Below, one piece after another: positions 42,495-56,689 of a stretch of 64,000 nucleotides of DNA. The stretch lies in the NCBI RefSeq assembly GCF_009834535.1, contig NC_045697.1:34102001-34166000 (forward strand), in the 5' to 3' direction. The first letter of the stretch is position 1. Each line of letters starts with the position of its first letter. The position numbers were made by a program, and so were the translations under genes. Source of the DNA: Camelus ferus (Eukaryota). Below the pieces are notes generated by a model that searched no databases, was not told the DNA's origin, and saw only the letters and a program-made list of their open reading frames with translations.

Positions 42495-45400
42495 ATTAGA
42501 ATCAGCCAAGGATATGGAGAAACTGGAACCCTTGTGTACTGTTGGTAGGAATGTAAGCTGATGTTATCACTATGGAAAACAATAAGGTGGTTTCTCAAAC
42601 AATTATAAATAGAACCACCATGTGATCCAGCAAGCCCACTTCAAGGTATTTATCCAAAAGAATTGAAAACAAGCTCTTGAAGAGATATTTGCACTCATAT
42701 GCTCACTGCAGCATTAGTCACAATGGCCAAGAGGTGAAAACAACTTAAAAGCCCATTGAGAGATTAACGGATAAAGAAAATGTGGTGTATACATATAATA
42801 GAATATTATACAGCCTTTAAAAAGGAAATCCTGAGGATATTATAGTAAGTGAAACATGCTAGTTACAGAAGGACAAAGGCTGCATGATTCCATTTATATG
42901 AAGTTTCTAAAGTAGTCACATTCTTGACACAGAATACAGAATGGCGATTGCCAGGGACTGGAGGAGGCCCTGGGAATAGGGAGTTGTTGTTCATGGGGAG
43001 AGTTTCAATGATACAAGATGATGGAGTTCTAGAAACCTGCTGCACAATAAAGTACACAGAGTTAACAATACTGCACTGCAGACTTTAAGATTTGTTAAGA
43101 GAGTAGATTTCATGTTATTTTTTTGCCACAATAAAAAGAAAGAAATGCAAAGGGGTACAGCTACTGTGAAAAAGTTTGCCAAAGTTCTTACAACATTAAA
43201 CAGTATGATCCAGCAATCCCATTCTGAGGTATTGCTCAGTTAATTCGAAAACTTATGTCCACATAAAAACCTGCCTGTGCATGGTTGCAGCAGCTTTATT
43301 CATAATTGCCAAAAAATGAAAACTACAAACTTCCTTCAATGGGTGAGTAAACTGTGGTACATCTATACAATGAACTATTACTCCAAGAGAAAATAGAAAT
43401 GAGTTATCAAGATGAAAACACATGGAAGAAATGCACACTGCTAAGTGAAAGAAGCCATTCTGAAAAGATGTACATCACTACATGATCCCAATTATAGGAC
43501 ATTCTGGAAAAGGCAAAACTCTAAAGACATTAAGAAGAATCACTAGTTGTCTGGGCAATAGAGGAATGTGGGAGGGATGAAAAAGTAAAGCCCAGGGGAT
43601 TTTAGCATGTTAAACTATTCTGTAAAGTCAATACATGTGTTCACAACTTCAGGAGTTTCCCAAGTGTCATCTGAAACCAGCCCCTGGGCAAGCAGAGACT
43701 GAAGAAAGAGGGGAACCATCCCAGATGGGTCGGTGGCAGTTTTAATAAATAAGCAAGGGAATTTACCAGGCTTGTCTTGGGTGGCTGCAAGATGAGTAGA
43801 TCTCTGCACTGACCCACCCAAATCTTAAAAGTTTACATAGAAGTCTCAACTGGGATAAGACAGTCTTAATACCATAATCAACATCTCAAGGCAGTATCCT
43901 TGGGGCAGTTTCTGGAAGGGGGATGCACATTCCAAGGACAGGGGCAGGGGTGAGGAAGGAGACTGTTGTCCGGGTCCAGCTTACAGGCCAACAGGTGGTC
44001 ACATCCTCTCGATGACCTGCCCCAACTACGCAACATGAAGCATCTGTCAAAACTCAGAACCGTTCAACACAAAAAGTAAACCTTAATGTATGCAAATTTA
44101 AATTTAGGAAGTTGGAGGATCCCAGCAAGGAAGACAGACTATTGCAAAAAAAATCTAACTGTATTACAAATGTATAAAACAACCTCACTAAGGGAGTAGG
44201 GCAGGGGCGGGGAGTGTAATTTGGAAGTAATTTGGAAATGAGTGGAGTCTGTAAGACTAAAGGCAAAAGGAACTGCACATAAACACTTCCTAGGAGATAA
44301 AGTTGTTTTCCCCACTGGGGTACAGATTAGCAATCTGGATACTGCTATAGACAACCTGGAAATGAACAATTAAGTAAATGGCTGGTGGCTACTGGGAGTC
44401 AGGTTTCTCACCTGCTGAAATGTGTACATATAAGGGAGGGTAGCAGGCTAGAATGCTCCCTGTGGTGATGGATTACAGTTGGAGACGTTGGGATGAGCTC
44501 ATGTGCAGCTGAATATAGACAGATGATTATATAAAGAAATATTTATAGCTGTGTGTATATACACAGGTTAGCTAACATGCATACATATCTCTTCATTCTG
44601 CCAGCCGAGAGGGCCCAAAAGAAACAACATCACAGGAGCAGTGCGCACAGCTAGCTTGGTTCTAACACCATTCTTCAATAAACCGAACCAGGGCTTCCTG
44701 AAGAAATGGTTGATTCTAGGACTGGGCAGGAAATAGAGAAAATGAGCATGGGGCATCTTGTATTGCCAGAAAGCTAAGGAGATAACATAAAATAAATAAA
44801 ACCCCTCTCCACTGACAGGGGTATGTCACAGGGATAAAGGAGCCAAGGGAAAGAGCTTCAAATGGCCAAAGCTGGAGCAATCTGAGTAATAAAATAAGTA
44901 GTACTGGACTGTAACCAAAAGTATAAAGTAAATATCCATGAGCCCACACTACATAAATAAATGATTAAATTAACAAATAGGAGAAAAGAGACAAAACTGA
45001 GTAGAAGAATTCCAAAAGTTTTAGGTAACTATTCTGACTTCAAGGAGTTGGGGGGCCCAATTCCTTAAGTTTGGGTTACACATAATGACTCCCTTCCAAA
45101 GAGGATCATAAGGCAGGAGAGAAAAATAAGTAACTTTATAATGAAAATACCTGACCCACACTACCTCAGCCAGGTGATCAAGGTCAATGTCAAGTCATAA
45201 ATCTCGTTAATAGTATGTAGCCTTGATAGGATGTGACGTAAATGGCACTTTACCTCTGTGACTTCCTCCCCCAACCTGTAACCCCAGTGTACACATGAGA
45301 AAAACATTAAATTCCAGTAGAGAGGTATCCTGCAAAATATCTCACCTACATTCCTCAAACTGTCAAGGTCATCAAAAACAAGGGAAGTATGGGAAAATAT

Positions 45401-46620
45401 CATAGCAAGAAAAGCCTCAGGAGACATGACAGCTAAGTATAAAATGGAATCCTAGAACAGAAAAGGACATTAAGTAAAAATTTAGAAATCTGAATAAACC
45501 ATGGAATTTAGTTAATAATAATATATGGATATTAGTTCATTAATTATAACAAATGTACCACACTAATATGTTAGTAACAGTGGTAACTGGACATGGGGTA
45601 GATGAGATCTCTGTGCACTATCTGCTTGATTTTTCTGTGTATCTAAAACTGCCCTAAAAAAGAAAAAGAAAAAAGACAAGCCATACACTGGGAGAAAATA
45701 AATACTTTCAAAGCATATATGTGATAAAACTTGTACCTAGGCTATCCAAAAAACTCTCGAAACTCAAAAATAAAATAACCCAATTTAAAAATCAGCAACA
45801 GATCTAAACAGCATTTCACCAAAGCAGATATACAGATGGCAAATGAGCATATAAAAAGATGCTCAACATCATTCCGTCATCAAGGAAATGAATATTATTA
45901 AAACCACAATGAGATGCCACTACACACCAATTAGAATAGCTGAAATTAAAAAGATTGACCATACCAAGCGCTGGCAAGGAATCATGGAGCTGGAACTCTT
46001 AGACTGTGGTATGGAATGTAAAATGATAAAATCACTTTGGAAAACAGTTTGGCAGTTACTTAAAAAGACACACATACACCTGACATACAATCAAGCCATT
46101 TCACTCCTAAGAGTCTCTTTTCAAAAAAAAAGTGTAAATCCATACAAAGACATAGATAAGAATGTTCAAAGCATTTTGTGTACTGTAATAGCCAAAACTT
46201 TTAAACAACTAAAACATCCATTAACAGATGAACAGATAAACAAATGATGGTAGAATTCTACAACAGATTACTTCTCAATAATAAAAAGGAATGAGCTGAT
46301 ACATGCATGCAGCAACGTGGATGATCTCAAATACCACTGAGAGAAGCCAGATCACAGAAGGACATATTGTATGATTCCATTTATATGAAACTCCCCCAAA
46401 TGTGAACTAATCTGCAGTGGCAGGAAGCAGATCAGTGGCTGTCTTGGGGGGAAAGAGATTACAGAAAAAAAGGACACTTTCAGGAGTGACTGGGGGTTCA
46501 CCATCTTGGTTGAGGTGATGCTTTCATGGGTGTGTATATGTCAAAACTTATCAGACTGCCCACTTTAAATATGTGCATTTTACAGTATATCAGTCAGATT
46601 TCAATAAAGCATTTACATAT
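42495..46620 (+). mobile_element. Cluster of L1 3' fragments (L1MA/MB/MC/MD-like) between the GABRB1 and COMMD8 3' ends
   Basis: Repeated ORF2-end and 3'UTR motifs (ggagaaactggaacccttgtg, gatccagcaatccc, aaaagatgctcaacatcatt, aaaccacaatgagatgccactacac). ORF 45888..46247 is a degenerate ORF2 C-terminus. Confidence 0.88.
43636..44027. mobile_element. Probable solo LTR inserted within the L1 cluster
   Basis: GC-richer ~390 bp block that interrupts an otherwise collinear L1 3'UTR (atacatg...catctgtcaaaactcagaac). Starts with TG. Confidence 0.55.
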
Positions 46621-46726
46621 GCTAATACAGTGACAATACAGTGAGAGAAGGACCAAGCGGAGTACGATTTTTCCCTTCTCAAAGGAAGGTCTGCATGGAG
46701 GGTTGAAATTCAGAAGGACCCTAGAT

Positions 46727-46958
46727 CGGTATTACTGAAAGCGCTTGTCTACAAACTGTTCAGGAACTTGCATAAGGAGGAAAATCAAGTACCACCCTAA
46801 GCACACTGGTTAGTTCAGCTGATTTTTTTTCTCAGAGCCAAAATTTCTCAATGAAGAAAGCAGCGTATTGATGAATATTCCGGCACAGGCTCATCTCATC
46901 ACCAAGCTGTAACAGTTCACAGAGCGGCACTGTCTACAGACACATTTTGAGCAGTACC
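46727..46958. mobile_element. hAT-Charlie-like non-autonomous DNA transposon
   Basis: Imperfect TIRs cggtattactgaaa / tttgagcagtacc, flanked by ccctagat / atctagat (NTCTAGAN-type TSD). Confidence 0.55.
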
Positions 46959-47163
46959 ATCTAGATCACACACACATTTACTGATCTCGCTAAGCCTATC
47001 CTCATCTGCACGATGAGAATACTAGTCACTGTCCTGGATACCTCGAATAATGGTCTGACGCTCTGAGTGATAAAGCTTGCGAACAGTAGGTACCAATGAT
47101 GTACTACTGCATTATGGAGAAAATCATCTGAAACAAAGTAATATATAAAAATAAAATAATATT

Positions 47164-47169
47164 TTTATT
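47164..47169 (-). terminator. Candidate COMMD8 polyadenylation signal (3'UTR ~0.9 kb)
   Basis: TTTATT on + (AATAAA on -), ~900 nt after the stop, followed on the minus strand by a U-rich tract. Confidence 0.65.
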
Positions 47170-48067
47170 TGCTCAGAATGCTTGTTTTTAAAGTGAACTG
47201 AAACTAAAAAAGGTTTGTTTTCCAATGAAGTTGTTAACATTCAAAACTGTTCAATATTAAGAGTTCATAACAAAAATGGACCTATAGATAGTCATAGCTG
47301 ATATTTGAATAGTTAATGCCTATTATTAATGGTTAATGCCTAAGGCCTAATAACATGTATTTTTTTTATCAGATCACGCTCTCTGGACCAGACACAAAAA
47401 TACAGAAGGAACAGTGTTATTTTTGTTTTTTCCCATGTTCTAGTAAAAGACTTTAGTTACTAGAATTCTTAAACTCAAAACTGTTCACACATTTAGTTAT
47501 TTTTTTCTTGTTCATGTCTGAAGAGCTTCTCTGAGAAATTTTACATTTTATAATCTTTCCTCTGAAATATGAGAAAGACATGGAATCTCCTGAGTTATAT
47601 ATGCAGGTTATACATTCTTGAAAAGTTATTTTTTAAAAATATCGCAAATTAATCATATATATCCATAATAAACATCCTTGCTATTCACATACTTCTCTAA
47701 GCAACATTCAAATATATTTTGTGCTTGTATGCTTACAATACTTTAGAGCCTATTTTTAGCTTTCAATAAAATTGTGTATCTATAAAGATTTCTCAAATAT
47801 TTAATAAATGAAGCAAAACAGTCATTATGAAAATATAAACTGCTACGATAGCCTTTTCATCTCTCACGTTCTTATGCATTTCTTGTCAACCATATAATTT
47901 CCTGTTCTTTAGGGAAGCTGATGAATTGTTGTCTTTGTAAACTCAAAACTGCTGGTTTCTCAGCGTGCCATCACAATACAGAGCAGGTTTTCTGAACTCG
48001 TAGTCTTCACTGTGCCATATCGATCACAACAGCAGAATCTGGTAACGTTGGTATCCATCATTTCCAG

Positions 48068-48088
48068 TTATTTCAACTGCAAGACCAC
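48068..48088 (-). CDS. COMMD8: COMMD8 exon 5 coding part (VVLQLK*)
   Basis: Pyrimidine tract plus ttttaag| acceptor, then GTG GTC TTG CAG TTG AAA TAA. The five exons total 552 nt, i.e. 183 aa plus stop. Confidence 0.93.
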   Translation of the reverse strand: MVLQLK

Positions 48089-49136
48089 CTTAAAACACAA
48101 GGAGCAGAAGGGAGGGAATCAGGTTATACCAGAATGATGTCAGTATCTGAATTCTCTGACGGAGGGTCTGGAGAACTGACAACAAGTACAATGCAGAGTA
48201 ACTGAAGGCACAGGCCCGCCAGAACCCACGGTGAGAGCTCATCTGACATTTACGCCAGGCTCTGCCGCACAGCCCTTCAGACATGGAGCCCCATCCGGAG
48301 GCAAGCCAGGCTACCAGTCTGTTATTGGGCATGTGGACCAGTCATCGAGGGGCCATGATGGCAGAGGAACTGCAGAGTATGGAGGGAAGCTGAGGTATAC
48401 CAGGGTTTCAAGATGATCAAGCCAGGAAGATGGGTTAGTGGCAAAAGAGGTTGTAAGAATAACTGACTTTAATCCTCGAGACTCGATCACGAGAGAGAGA
48501 ACTCTCAGCAACAGTGAAAGGAACATACATAACGTAGACAATTATTTTTATGTCTTCCTCACAGAAGCACTTCCTATTGCTTATTATTTTTCTCATTAGT
48601 TAAACACTCAGAATGGTCACTGTCATTTAGCCATTCCTTTAGTCCTTCAATAGTTCTACTCTGTCTCAATCTGATTTTGTCATAATAACTACAAGCCATA
48701 TTTTGTCTCCCATACTTAAAGAAATTTTCTGCTATTTGCCCAGTTAAAACAAGACAATCTTCTCTTCAAAATCATAACTGCTTTTAACCATTAAATCCCT
48801 TCAGAATCAACTAATTTCACAGCCCCAAGTTAAAAATTCTATGTTTTGTAGCATTAATGAGTACTGAAGCAAAACAAATCTGGCTGTTATTCTTGCAAAA
48901 ATAATTACTTGGTAAATTATGTTCTATTAGTGTAAATTAAAATTACAATTTCTAATTAATTTAATATCTAAAACTAGAGATGCAGAACATATCAACAAAG
49001 TATTTTCTGTGCTTGACATAAAATACCAGGAACAAAAAAAACATTAAACACGAATGATTAGTTTTCTTATATAGCTCTAACGGTATCAGTTAAAACTTAA
49101 ACATTTTAAACCCTACAACAAAATTAAAGCAAATAC

Positions 49137-49292
49137 CTTATTAGCTGCTTCCAAGGAATTTATTAGATTCTGCAGCTCTTCTTTACTCATTTCAACGGAA
49201 TATGGTTTGACTTCACCATTTTCTTTTACATCTAGATGAAGGTTTAAAAGTGGCATTTGTAATGTAGCAATCTTGTCACTAGAAAGTGCAAG
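49137..49292 (-). CDS. COMMD8: COMMD8 exon 4 ([52 protein letters not shown])
   Basis: Manual translation. Acceptor ttttaaacag|, donor |gtattt. 156 bp, COMM domain core. Confidence 0.96.
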
Positions 49293-50695
49293 CTGTTTAA
49301 AATGAGGAAAACGGTAATTAACAAGTAGTTTTCAAAAGGACTATATTAAATATGCATCAGAGCTTATGAACAACACATTAAAAAAAAAGAGTACTCCTGT
49401 TTGCTGTCAAGTACACGGAAATGCAGGAGAAATAAAAGAAATTAAACCCATGCCAAATCAGCATATATCTGAAGAACAGAAAGAGAAAAGAGAGTGAATA
49501 AAAGAAGGCAAGTAGGTTAAGGAAAAAAGACAACTGGTCAGGACTTTGTGGTAGGAGCAGGAATCTCGAGCAGAGTTATGACTGTAAAGTACTAAATGGG
49601 CCCAATACATCAAGAAGCAGAGAATTCTTAAAGAAGTGTAAAGATACCAAGAGTATGAAACTCTATGCACAAAGATAAGACTAAAAACACTGCTTAGTCT
49701 CAGAAATTAAGATGCTAAAACCATGGGCAGCTAACTATCTACTTAACTACTGAGAAATGCTATCAAGATTCCATCTTCGATTAGAGCCACTCAACAAAAA
49801 CGTTCGACGTTTTTACCTCTTCTATTTTCTGTCCAAAGAAAGTATCCTAGAGGAAATAGAAGAACCAAATGTTTATGATACTAGAGTTTTTTGAAACAAG
49901 CATCATAGCTTCACTGGCAGATGGCAAAGAGAAACTCAATTTTCCTGGAATCTGAGCCAGTACTTCCCACTATAACTGAATTTTGGAGTGCTACCACCTG
50001 CAAAAATTTACTTGGGCAATGGTAAGGGACTCCTTCCCTAACAACCAACCTCAAAGGATCTCCCTTACAGTTCATACACTATGGGATCAAACACACCCTC
50101 ATATCTCTCCTTCATCCTCTCTCCAAAATACAGGACTTATGACATCTGAGATTTGAAAGTATCACCCTCAGGTTGTCTACCTCATGAATAATTCTCAATA
50201 TTTCCAATAAGTGGTTTCTACAGCCTACTCAGCCTACACCAGCAATGAGGAGGAGTGTGCTAACCCCCAAAACAGGTTAAAATAATTTTCAGATATTCAT
50301 AGCGGTTATTAAATAAGTGTTCCCTAGGTTGAGTTCAAACCCATCTAATTGCAAATTATATACCTGAGCCTTTGTCCTACCCACCAAAGCCACAGAACAC
50401 AGATCTATTCCTTCATCCACATGTCTTTCAGTCCTCCTTCAATGACATAAAACTTCAGTTAATTAAATTGATTATCACTGTAATGTTTTTATACATGGTT
50501 GGGATGTCTACAGTGTACTTACTTGATGCCCAAGTTAATGCAAAAGACAAAGTTTTAATCATCTTTGACACTTAAGGAAAATGTATTCTCAAAAATAACA
50601 GAAATTTTAGATATGTAATATTATAAAAAATAAATCTTTCTATTCAAAAAATGAAATTAAATAACATAAATACTCATAAATAAGCATATTCTCAC

Positions 50696-50848
50696 CTTTA
50701 ACTGCCAATCAAAATCCTGCAGCTGTGCAGAGGAAATATCAACTATTTCTTCTAACAGAGCCTGCTTGATTTCATCTTTCCTACTTTTTAAGCATTTCAT
50801 GATAGCTTCTTGATGAGATGAATTCAACTGATTCAACTGCTGAGATAT
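50696..50848 (-). CDS. COMMD8: COMMD8 exon 3 ([51 protein letters not shown])
   Basis: Manual translation. Acceptor tttcttttcatag|, donor |gtgaga, 153 bp. The LQDFDW motif starts the COMM domain. Confidence 0.96.
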
Positions 50849-50959
50849 CTATGAAAAGAAAAATAAACAGAAAATATGTGAAAGGGCCTTTCTGTTTAAA
50901 AAGTTTAAAAGCTATGGAACTGGCTGGAAGCCCAAGGATAGGAAAGAGAACTTTATCAA

Positions 50960-51485
50960 CTATGATGGAATACTACTCAGCCATAAATAAGAATAAAATA
51001 TATGTATGTTCATGTATAATTGAAAATTCGTGCTCTACACTGGAATTTGACACAACATTGTAAAATGACTATAACTCAATAAAAAATGTTAAAAAAAAAA
51101 AGAATAAAATAATGCCATTTGCAGCAACATGGATGGACCTGGAGATTGTCATAGTAAGTGAAGAAAGACAGAAAGAGAAAGAAAAATACCATATGGTATC
51201 ACTTATATGTGGAATCTAGATATGGTTACTGGGGGGGAGGGGGGAAGAAGGGATAAATTGGGAGTTTGAGATTTGCAGATACTAATATATGTAAAATAGG
51301 TAAGTTCATACTGTATAGCACAGGGAACTATATTCAATATCTTGTAGTAAATTGTGGTGAAAAAGAATATGAAAACAAATATATGTATATTCATGTATGA
51401 CTGAAGCACTGTGCTGTGCACCAGAAATTGACACATTATAAACTGAATATACATCAATAAAAATATATATACATCAAAAAAAAAA
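50960..51485 (+). mobile_element. L1 3' end (cetartiodactyl/camelid type) in COMMD8 intron 2, containing a nested younger L1 tail at 51001-51099
   Basis: Typical L1 3' motifs atggaatactactcagccata, gcagcaacatggatggacctggag and ctgtatagcacagggaactatattcaata, plus an A tail. Confidence 0.88.
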
Positions 51486-52492
51486 TTTCAGGACTTCTAT
51501 TCAACAAAAGACCCATTAAGAAACAAACAGCAAACATAAAAGGAGACATTTAAAATACATATACCTAAGAACATGTATTTAGAATATCATCCAAATCAAA
51601 ATGACATACATAACTCCATTTTTTTTTCAAGTGGGCAACCTACACAAACATGCCCAAATGATTTTTGACAAAGGTACAAAAGCAATTCAACGGAAGGACA
51701 CTCCCTGACCCTGTAATCTCACTTCAAGATGTCTATCCTAGAAAAGCCGGCCCAAGTGTGTACAATTAGACACACACAAAATGTCTATAGCAGCACTATT
51801 CATAATAATGAAAGAGGTAATAACTCAACTGTTCATCAGTGGGAGGATGGAAAAAATAAGTCCCACTAATTTCTATCATCAAATACTGCAAGGGGTATTT
51901 AAAATACATAAACCAAATCTACATTTATCAACATTGATAAATCTAAAACACGATGTTGTGGGAAAAAAAGACAAACGGATACCTATGTTACCATTTACAA
52001 CTTACACATTTAAACAGCTCCAATAATTGTATATATTGCTGAAAGATGTAAACATTCATACAATATAGGATACAAAACATGCACACAACTTCATGAGTGG
52101 TAATCTCCAGGGGAGGGTGAGATTTACGTATTATCTGTAATGCCTTGTTTCTTCTAAAACACACACACAGACATTAAATACACAAAGTAAAATGTTAACA
52201 AACTGTTTAATTGCAGTAACGGGAATATAGGTGACGGTTATATAACTTCTGGTTTTCTTCCATATGATTTAAATGTTTCACAATTAAAAAAAAAAACAAA
52301 ACAAAACTACAAAACCGCAGAACTTCCACAGATTTTCCACTTACTCACAATTATGAGGTTTTTATTGTTATCTATTGTATGTTTACTGATGATGGCCCTT
52401 GTATTACACAGTGCCCTAAACACCAATTTATTAAAAAATCTGAACATGAATTATTATTTATTACAAGGTAGAGAAATTTGGAGTGAAGTTAC

Positions 52493-52648
52493 CTCTTCAT
52501 CAGATAAATTTTTACCAACTGCAGCTTTGAAAAATTTGGTAATATCTTCTAGAACGTGCATCCATTCTGTTGAATCCCAAACATTCTGATAATTCTGATA
52601 GAGAGGATAAGTTCGGCCACAAATGCCATCAATTATTTTGTGAAGAAG
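52493..52648 (-). CDS. COMMD8: COMMD8 exon 2 ([52 protein letters not shown])
   Basis: Manual translation of the minus strand. Acceptor ttttttctctctag|, donor |gtaact. 156 bp, phase 0. Confidence 0.96.
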
Positions 52649-55600
52649 CTAGAGAGAAAAAAGGAAATAAATGTAATTATAAGTAAAATTATAAAACAGA
52701 TTTATCTCCTTCATAGCAAATAAATGTTGGGAGAAGTTCACGTTATCTGCAGAAGCAGCTGAGGTTGAAATGCAACTATCTTTAACATTATTTTATTAAT
52801 TAAAAAGCTTCATCAAAGGAGGAAAAAAACAGCCATTCTATAATTTTTTCCATCTTCAGAAGCTAAAATAATTTTATAGATACATGTTGTTTCTCTAATG
52901 TTCCTGAAAGGAAAGTGGTGGGTACAAAAGTTTCTCCTTGGGATTCCTTACACGTCTATTTATACCAATAACCAAAAAAACAAGGTATGACTCTAAAAAT
53001 CCTTTAACTACGGATCTACAAACCCCTTCTCTCCGTTTTCCACAACTTATTTCTTTTGCTCCCCTCCAAGAAAGCCCTCAGTGCCTTTCTTTTTCTTTTT
53101 TACATTCCTTTCCCTCTACCCTAACTTAATGCCTGCAGCGGAAATCCTAACATAAACATTACTGAACACAGTGATTAAGACTGTGGGTTTTGGGACAAAA
53201 CTGACTAGTCTGAATCTTATTTCCACTATTTATTAGTTTTGCCAAGTTATTTAAACATTCTGTGCCCATTCCTCATGTGTAAAATGAGGACAGCCTCTAT
53301 CCCCACAATGCTGTTGTAAGGACTGAATAAGAATACATGCAAATCACGTGGCGCATTCTTGGCATTAAACATCGCCTGCCATTGTTATCATTTTTCTTCT
53401 TCTTACTGTTATTATTATCATCACTATTACTACTACCACTACCGGTCCTATGTTCCATGCCTATAACATCTATTAACCAAGTACCTACTATACCAGCGCT
53501 GTTCTAGGCAAACAATAAATACGGTTTTCTTTCTGAAGAGATATTTGTGTCTTGTAAGAAGAATATTTGAACCCGAACAACTTGGAAATGCATTTAAGCA
53601 GCAAGTCTTCCAACTCTTTTCTCCTGGATCACATCCCAGTCCATTTTAAATAACTCCTTCTCAATAACACCGCACATATTGGAACAGAGGTGAGCAACTG
53701 GTAACCCTACTTCCAAATGATGGCTAATGCACTAGATGAACAGAATTTTTATTTACCATAAACCAACCAACATCCTCAATTTGAAATTCATTCAGCATTC
53801 CCTACATACATTTTACCTTATCCCAACCTGTCTCCCATGCTAAAGCAAAACCCAGAACTCAAACTGAAAAATAAGAGTGCTATCTTTTTGGAATATAATT
53901 TTTTTTAATTCATTCACAAATATGTAATGAGCACTTCATTCCAGTTAGTAAATAAGGCAATGTAAACACAGAGAAAACATAACAAGAATGGCTACCGTTT
54001 ATAGAGCCCAAACTGTGTACCAAACCCTGCGCTGATCTTCACTGTGATTTTGTGAAGTGAGCCCTGTTATTACCTCCATTTTACAAGTGAGGAAACTGAG
54101 GACAAATAAGATAAGGTCCTACCATATCAGAGCCTTAGTCCATCAGAGAAAACCAGTTACCAATAAATAAATGCGATTTAGGATGACAGGAGATACAATG
54201 CAAGTCTACTGAAGGTACAAAGGAGCACCGAAGAAGGAGGGACAAGCATGTCCTACAGGATGAGTAGCTGGCTGGTCGAACAGGAAAAGGGCATTTCTAG
54301 TAGCAGCTGCATATACCTAGGATGAAAGTGTAACACCACATGGCGCAATTTGGGGGATGACAGGATACAAGACTGGACAGCTGGTAGAGGCCAAACCGTA
54401 AAGGGCCTTGTACACAACGCAAAAAAAGCCTAGACTTTAATCTGTGTTTGTTCAACAGGGAAGCAGCTTATTCATATATTTGCATTATTTTTCCATAAAT
54501 CTGCCTACAGGTTGGGAGCCATAAGGAGAGAAAAGAGAAAAAGAGGGTGAGCCTAAAGGCCCCCATCTTCAGTTTACTAGCAAGAGATTATGGGGAGCTA
54601 AACTGTTGAGGACACTCAAGCTGGAGGCAGGAGAGAGGCAAAGAAGATGTGGAAAGGAGGGCCCAGGATGATACTCAATTTCAGGTTGAGTGACTGGGTA
54701 AGTGGCTGTGTCACAACCAAAAATGAAGCTACAACCACAGAAGGAGTAAGTCAGGGAGAAAGATGAGTAGCTTGGTTCAGGACTTACTAAATTTAAGGTA
54801 ACTGTGGTGTATCTAACCAGAGGCCTGACCCTCAGGGAAGAGATTTTTGGCTGGATCCAGAGATGTAGGAGCTATGTACATACATGACAGTAAAGGCGAT
54901 GGGCCTTGTGTAAATAGTACGTAGGGAGGCTGAAGACAGGAGCAGAAAGCTAATACAAGACTCACAATCAACAGATCTGCACATCTGTACCCACTCTGCC
55001 ACTTACTAGTTTGATAACTTTGGGTAAGTTACCCAAACCCTCCACTGACTTTTCAGCTTCCTCATCTGTAAAATGAGAGAAAAGGTTTAAGATGGTTTTT
55101 CTTGATACGGGTTGGATCAAGTTTAAGGGTCAACTAAGTTTATTCATCTCCCCACTACTATCCCAACTGTAAATGGAACAGGGTGAGAAAGGTAGAAATT
55201 TGGGTCTTATAAAAGCTGCCTACCTCTCTACATTATGTAGGCTAAGCCATCACCCTCAACCTTCACCCACTGTAAACAGAACAGAACAGAGACTTAAAGC
55301 TAAGTATCATTGACACTGAAGGCCAGCCCACCATAACTTGGGATGCAGATATCCGCCCCAACGATAAAGCTGAGTTTAGTAAACACTAATTGATTCCTTC
55401 TTTCAGCAAACACTAATTAAGAACCCACCTTGACCCAGACAGAACTCTCAAGAACTGGGGGCATAAGACAAAGAATCTACCCTGAAGGAGCTCAGAGTAA
55501 GAGGACCAGAAGCAAGAGGACCAGTTAAAAAGTTGTGTTCAAGGAAGACTTAATCAGGCCTGAATTGCTGGGGAATAGAAGAGGTGCGAGTAAACATATT

Positions 55601-56689
55601 AATATATTAATTACAATACAAAGTGTTAGTCAATAGTCTCAAGTCAGAGGGCAAACAACCACAGCTTCCAGCGCTCAGGCTGAAACTCAATTTTGCATAC
55701 ACTGTTTCCTTTCAGAGGTTCGCAAATTTCCTTCTGGTCTAATACTTGGGGCACTAAGGTGTTTTGTTTTTTTAATTTAAAGTTCAAGGAAGAAAAAACA
55801 CTTCTCAGATTTTCCTCTCATAGCAACCACTGAGTTTTCTTCCTTTCACAGCTCACAGTCAAAATTTCATTATACGTACTCATTGTCTCCGCATTTCTCT
55901 CCTCTTTCAAACTAAAATTTTGCTGCTGCCAAAACCAATACTTTAAACTGCCAGGGCCTTAGGCATTAAGGCTAAACACAGGAGCACGGCACACAGACTC
56001 CAGCCACCTGACTTCTGTTCACCTGTCTAGCAGTCTCCCTGATCTGCTTCTCTGAATTTCAGCCTCTAAGACAGCAGAGCCCCCCTGGGGCTGGCTTTCT
56101 TCCTCTAGCCTTCATAGCTGCTATTTCTCAGCCTGAAACTCTTCCCTCTAACCTGTCTGATTCCTACTCATCTTTCAGGACCCAATCTAGAAATCTAAGT
56201 AGCTCCTCTGCAAAACCTCCCCTTGCCGCTTTACATCTGGGTTGCTCTCTCTCCCATAAACTTATCATGGATACCTCAGTTTGGTTTCCTTATTAGATGA
56301 CGAGGTCCACCAGGCTACAGGCTGTCTCCTTACCACATCAGGGCATCCAGCATAGTAGACTTCAAAGAAATGTTGGCTGGACAAACGAGTAAGGCCGCTT
56401 TTTCCAGATCCTCATAAACCCAGGTTCCTTCTTAGACTGAAGGTGCCCATGTACATGTCACTTCTTGAGGTACGGTCCACCTCGGACCACCCCACCTAAG
56501 GTAAGTCTCCTAGTTTTTGGCAGCACTTACCAGTTTTTTTCTGTCGCCCTCAAGGGGGTAGAGTATGCCTCTATCTAGGTCACTAAGGTATCCCTAGCAC
56601 GTAGCACTGTGCCTGGTGCATAGGGAGCATTCGGGAGGTTTGTGTTGAATGAATGAATGAATGAAACACATGAGAGCCTGCAAACCACC

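Noticed and set aside
45888..46247. 119-aa ORF
   Set aside because: Degenerate L1 ORF2 C-terminal remnant, not a host gene.
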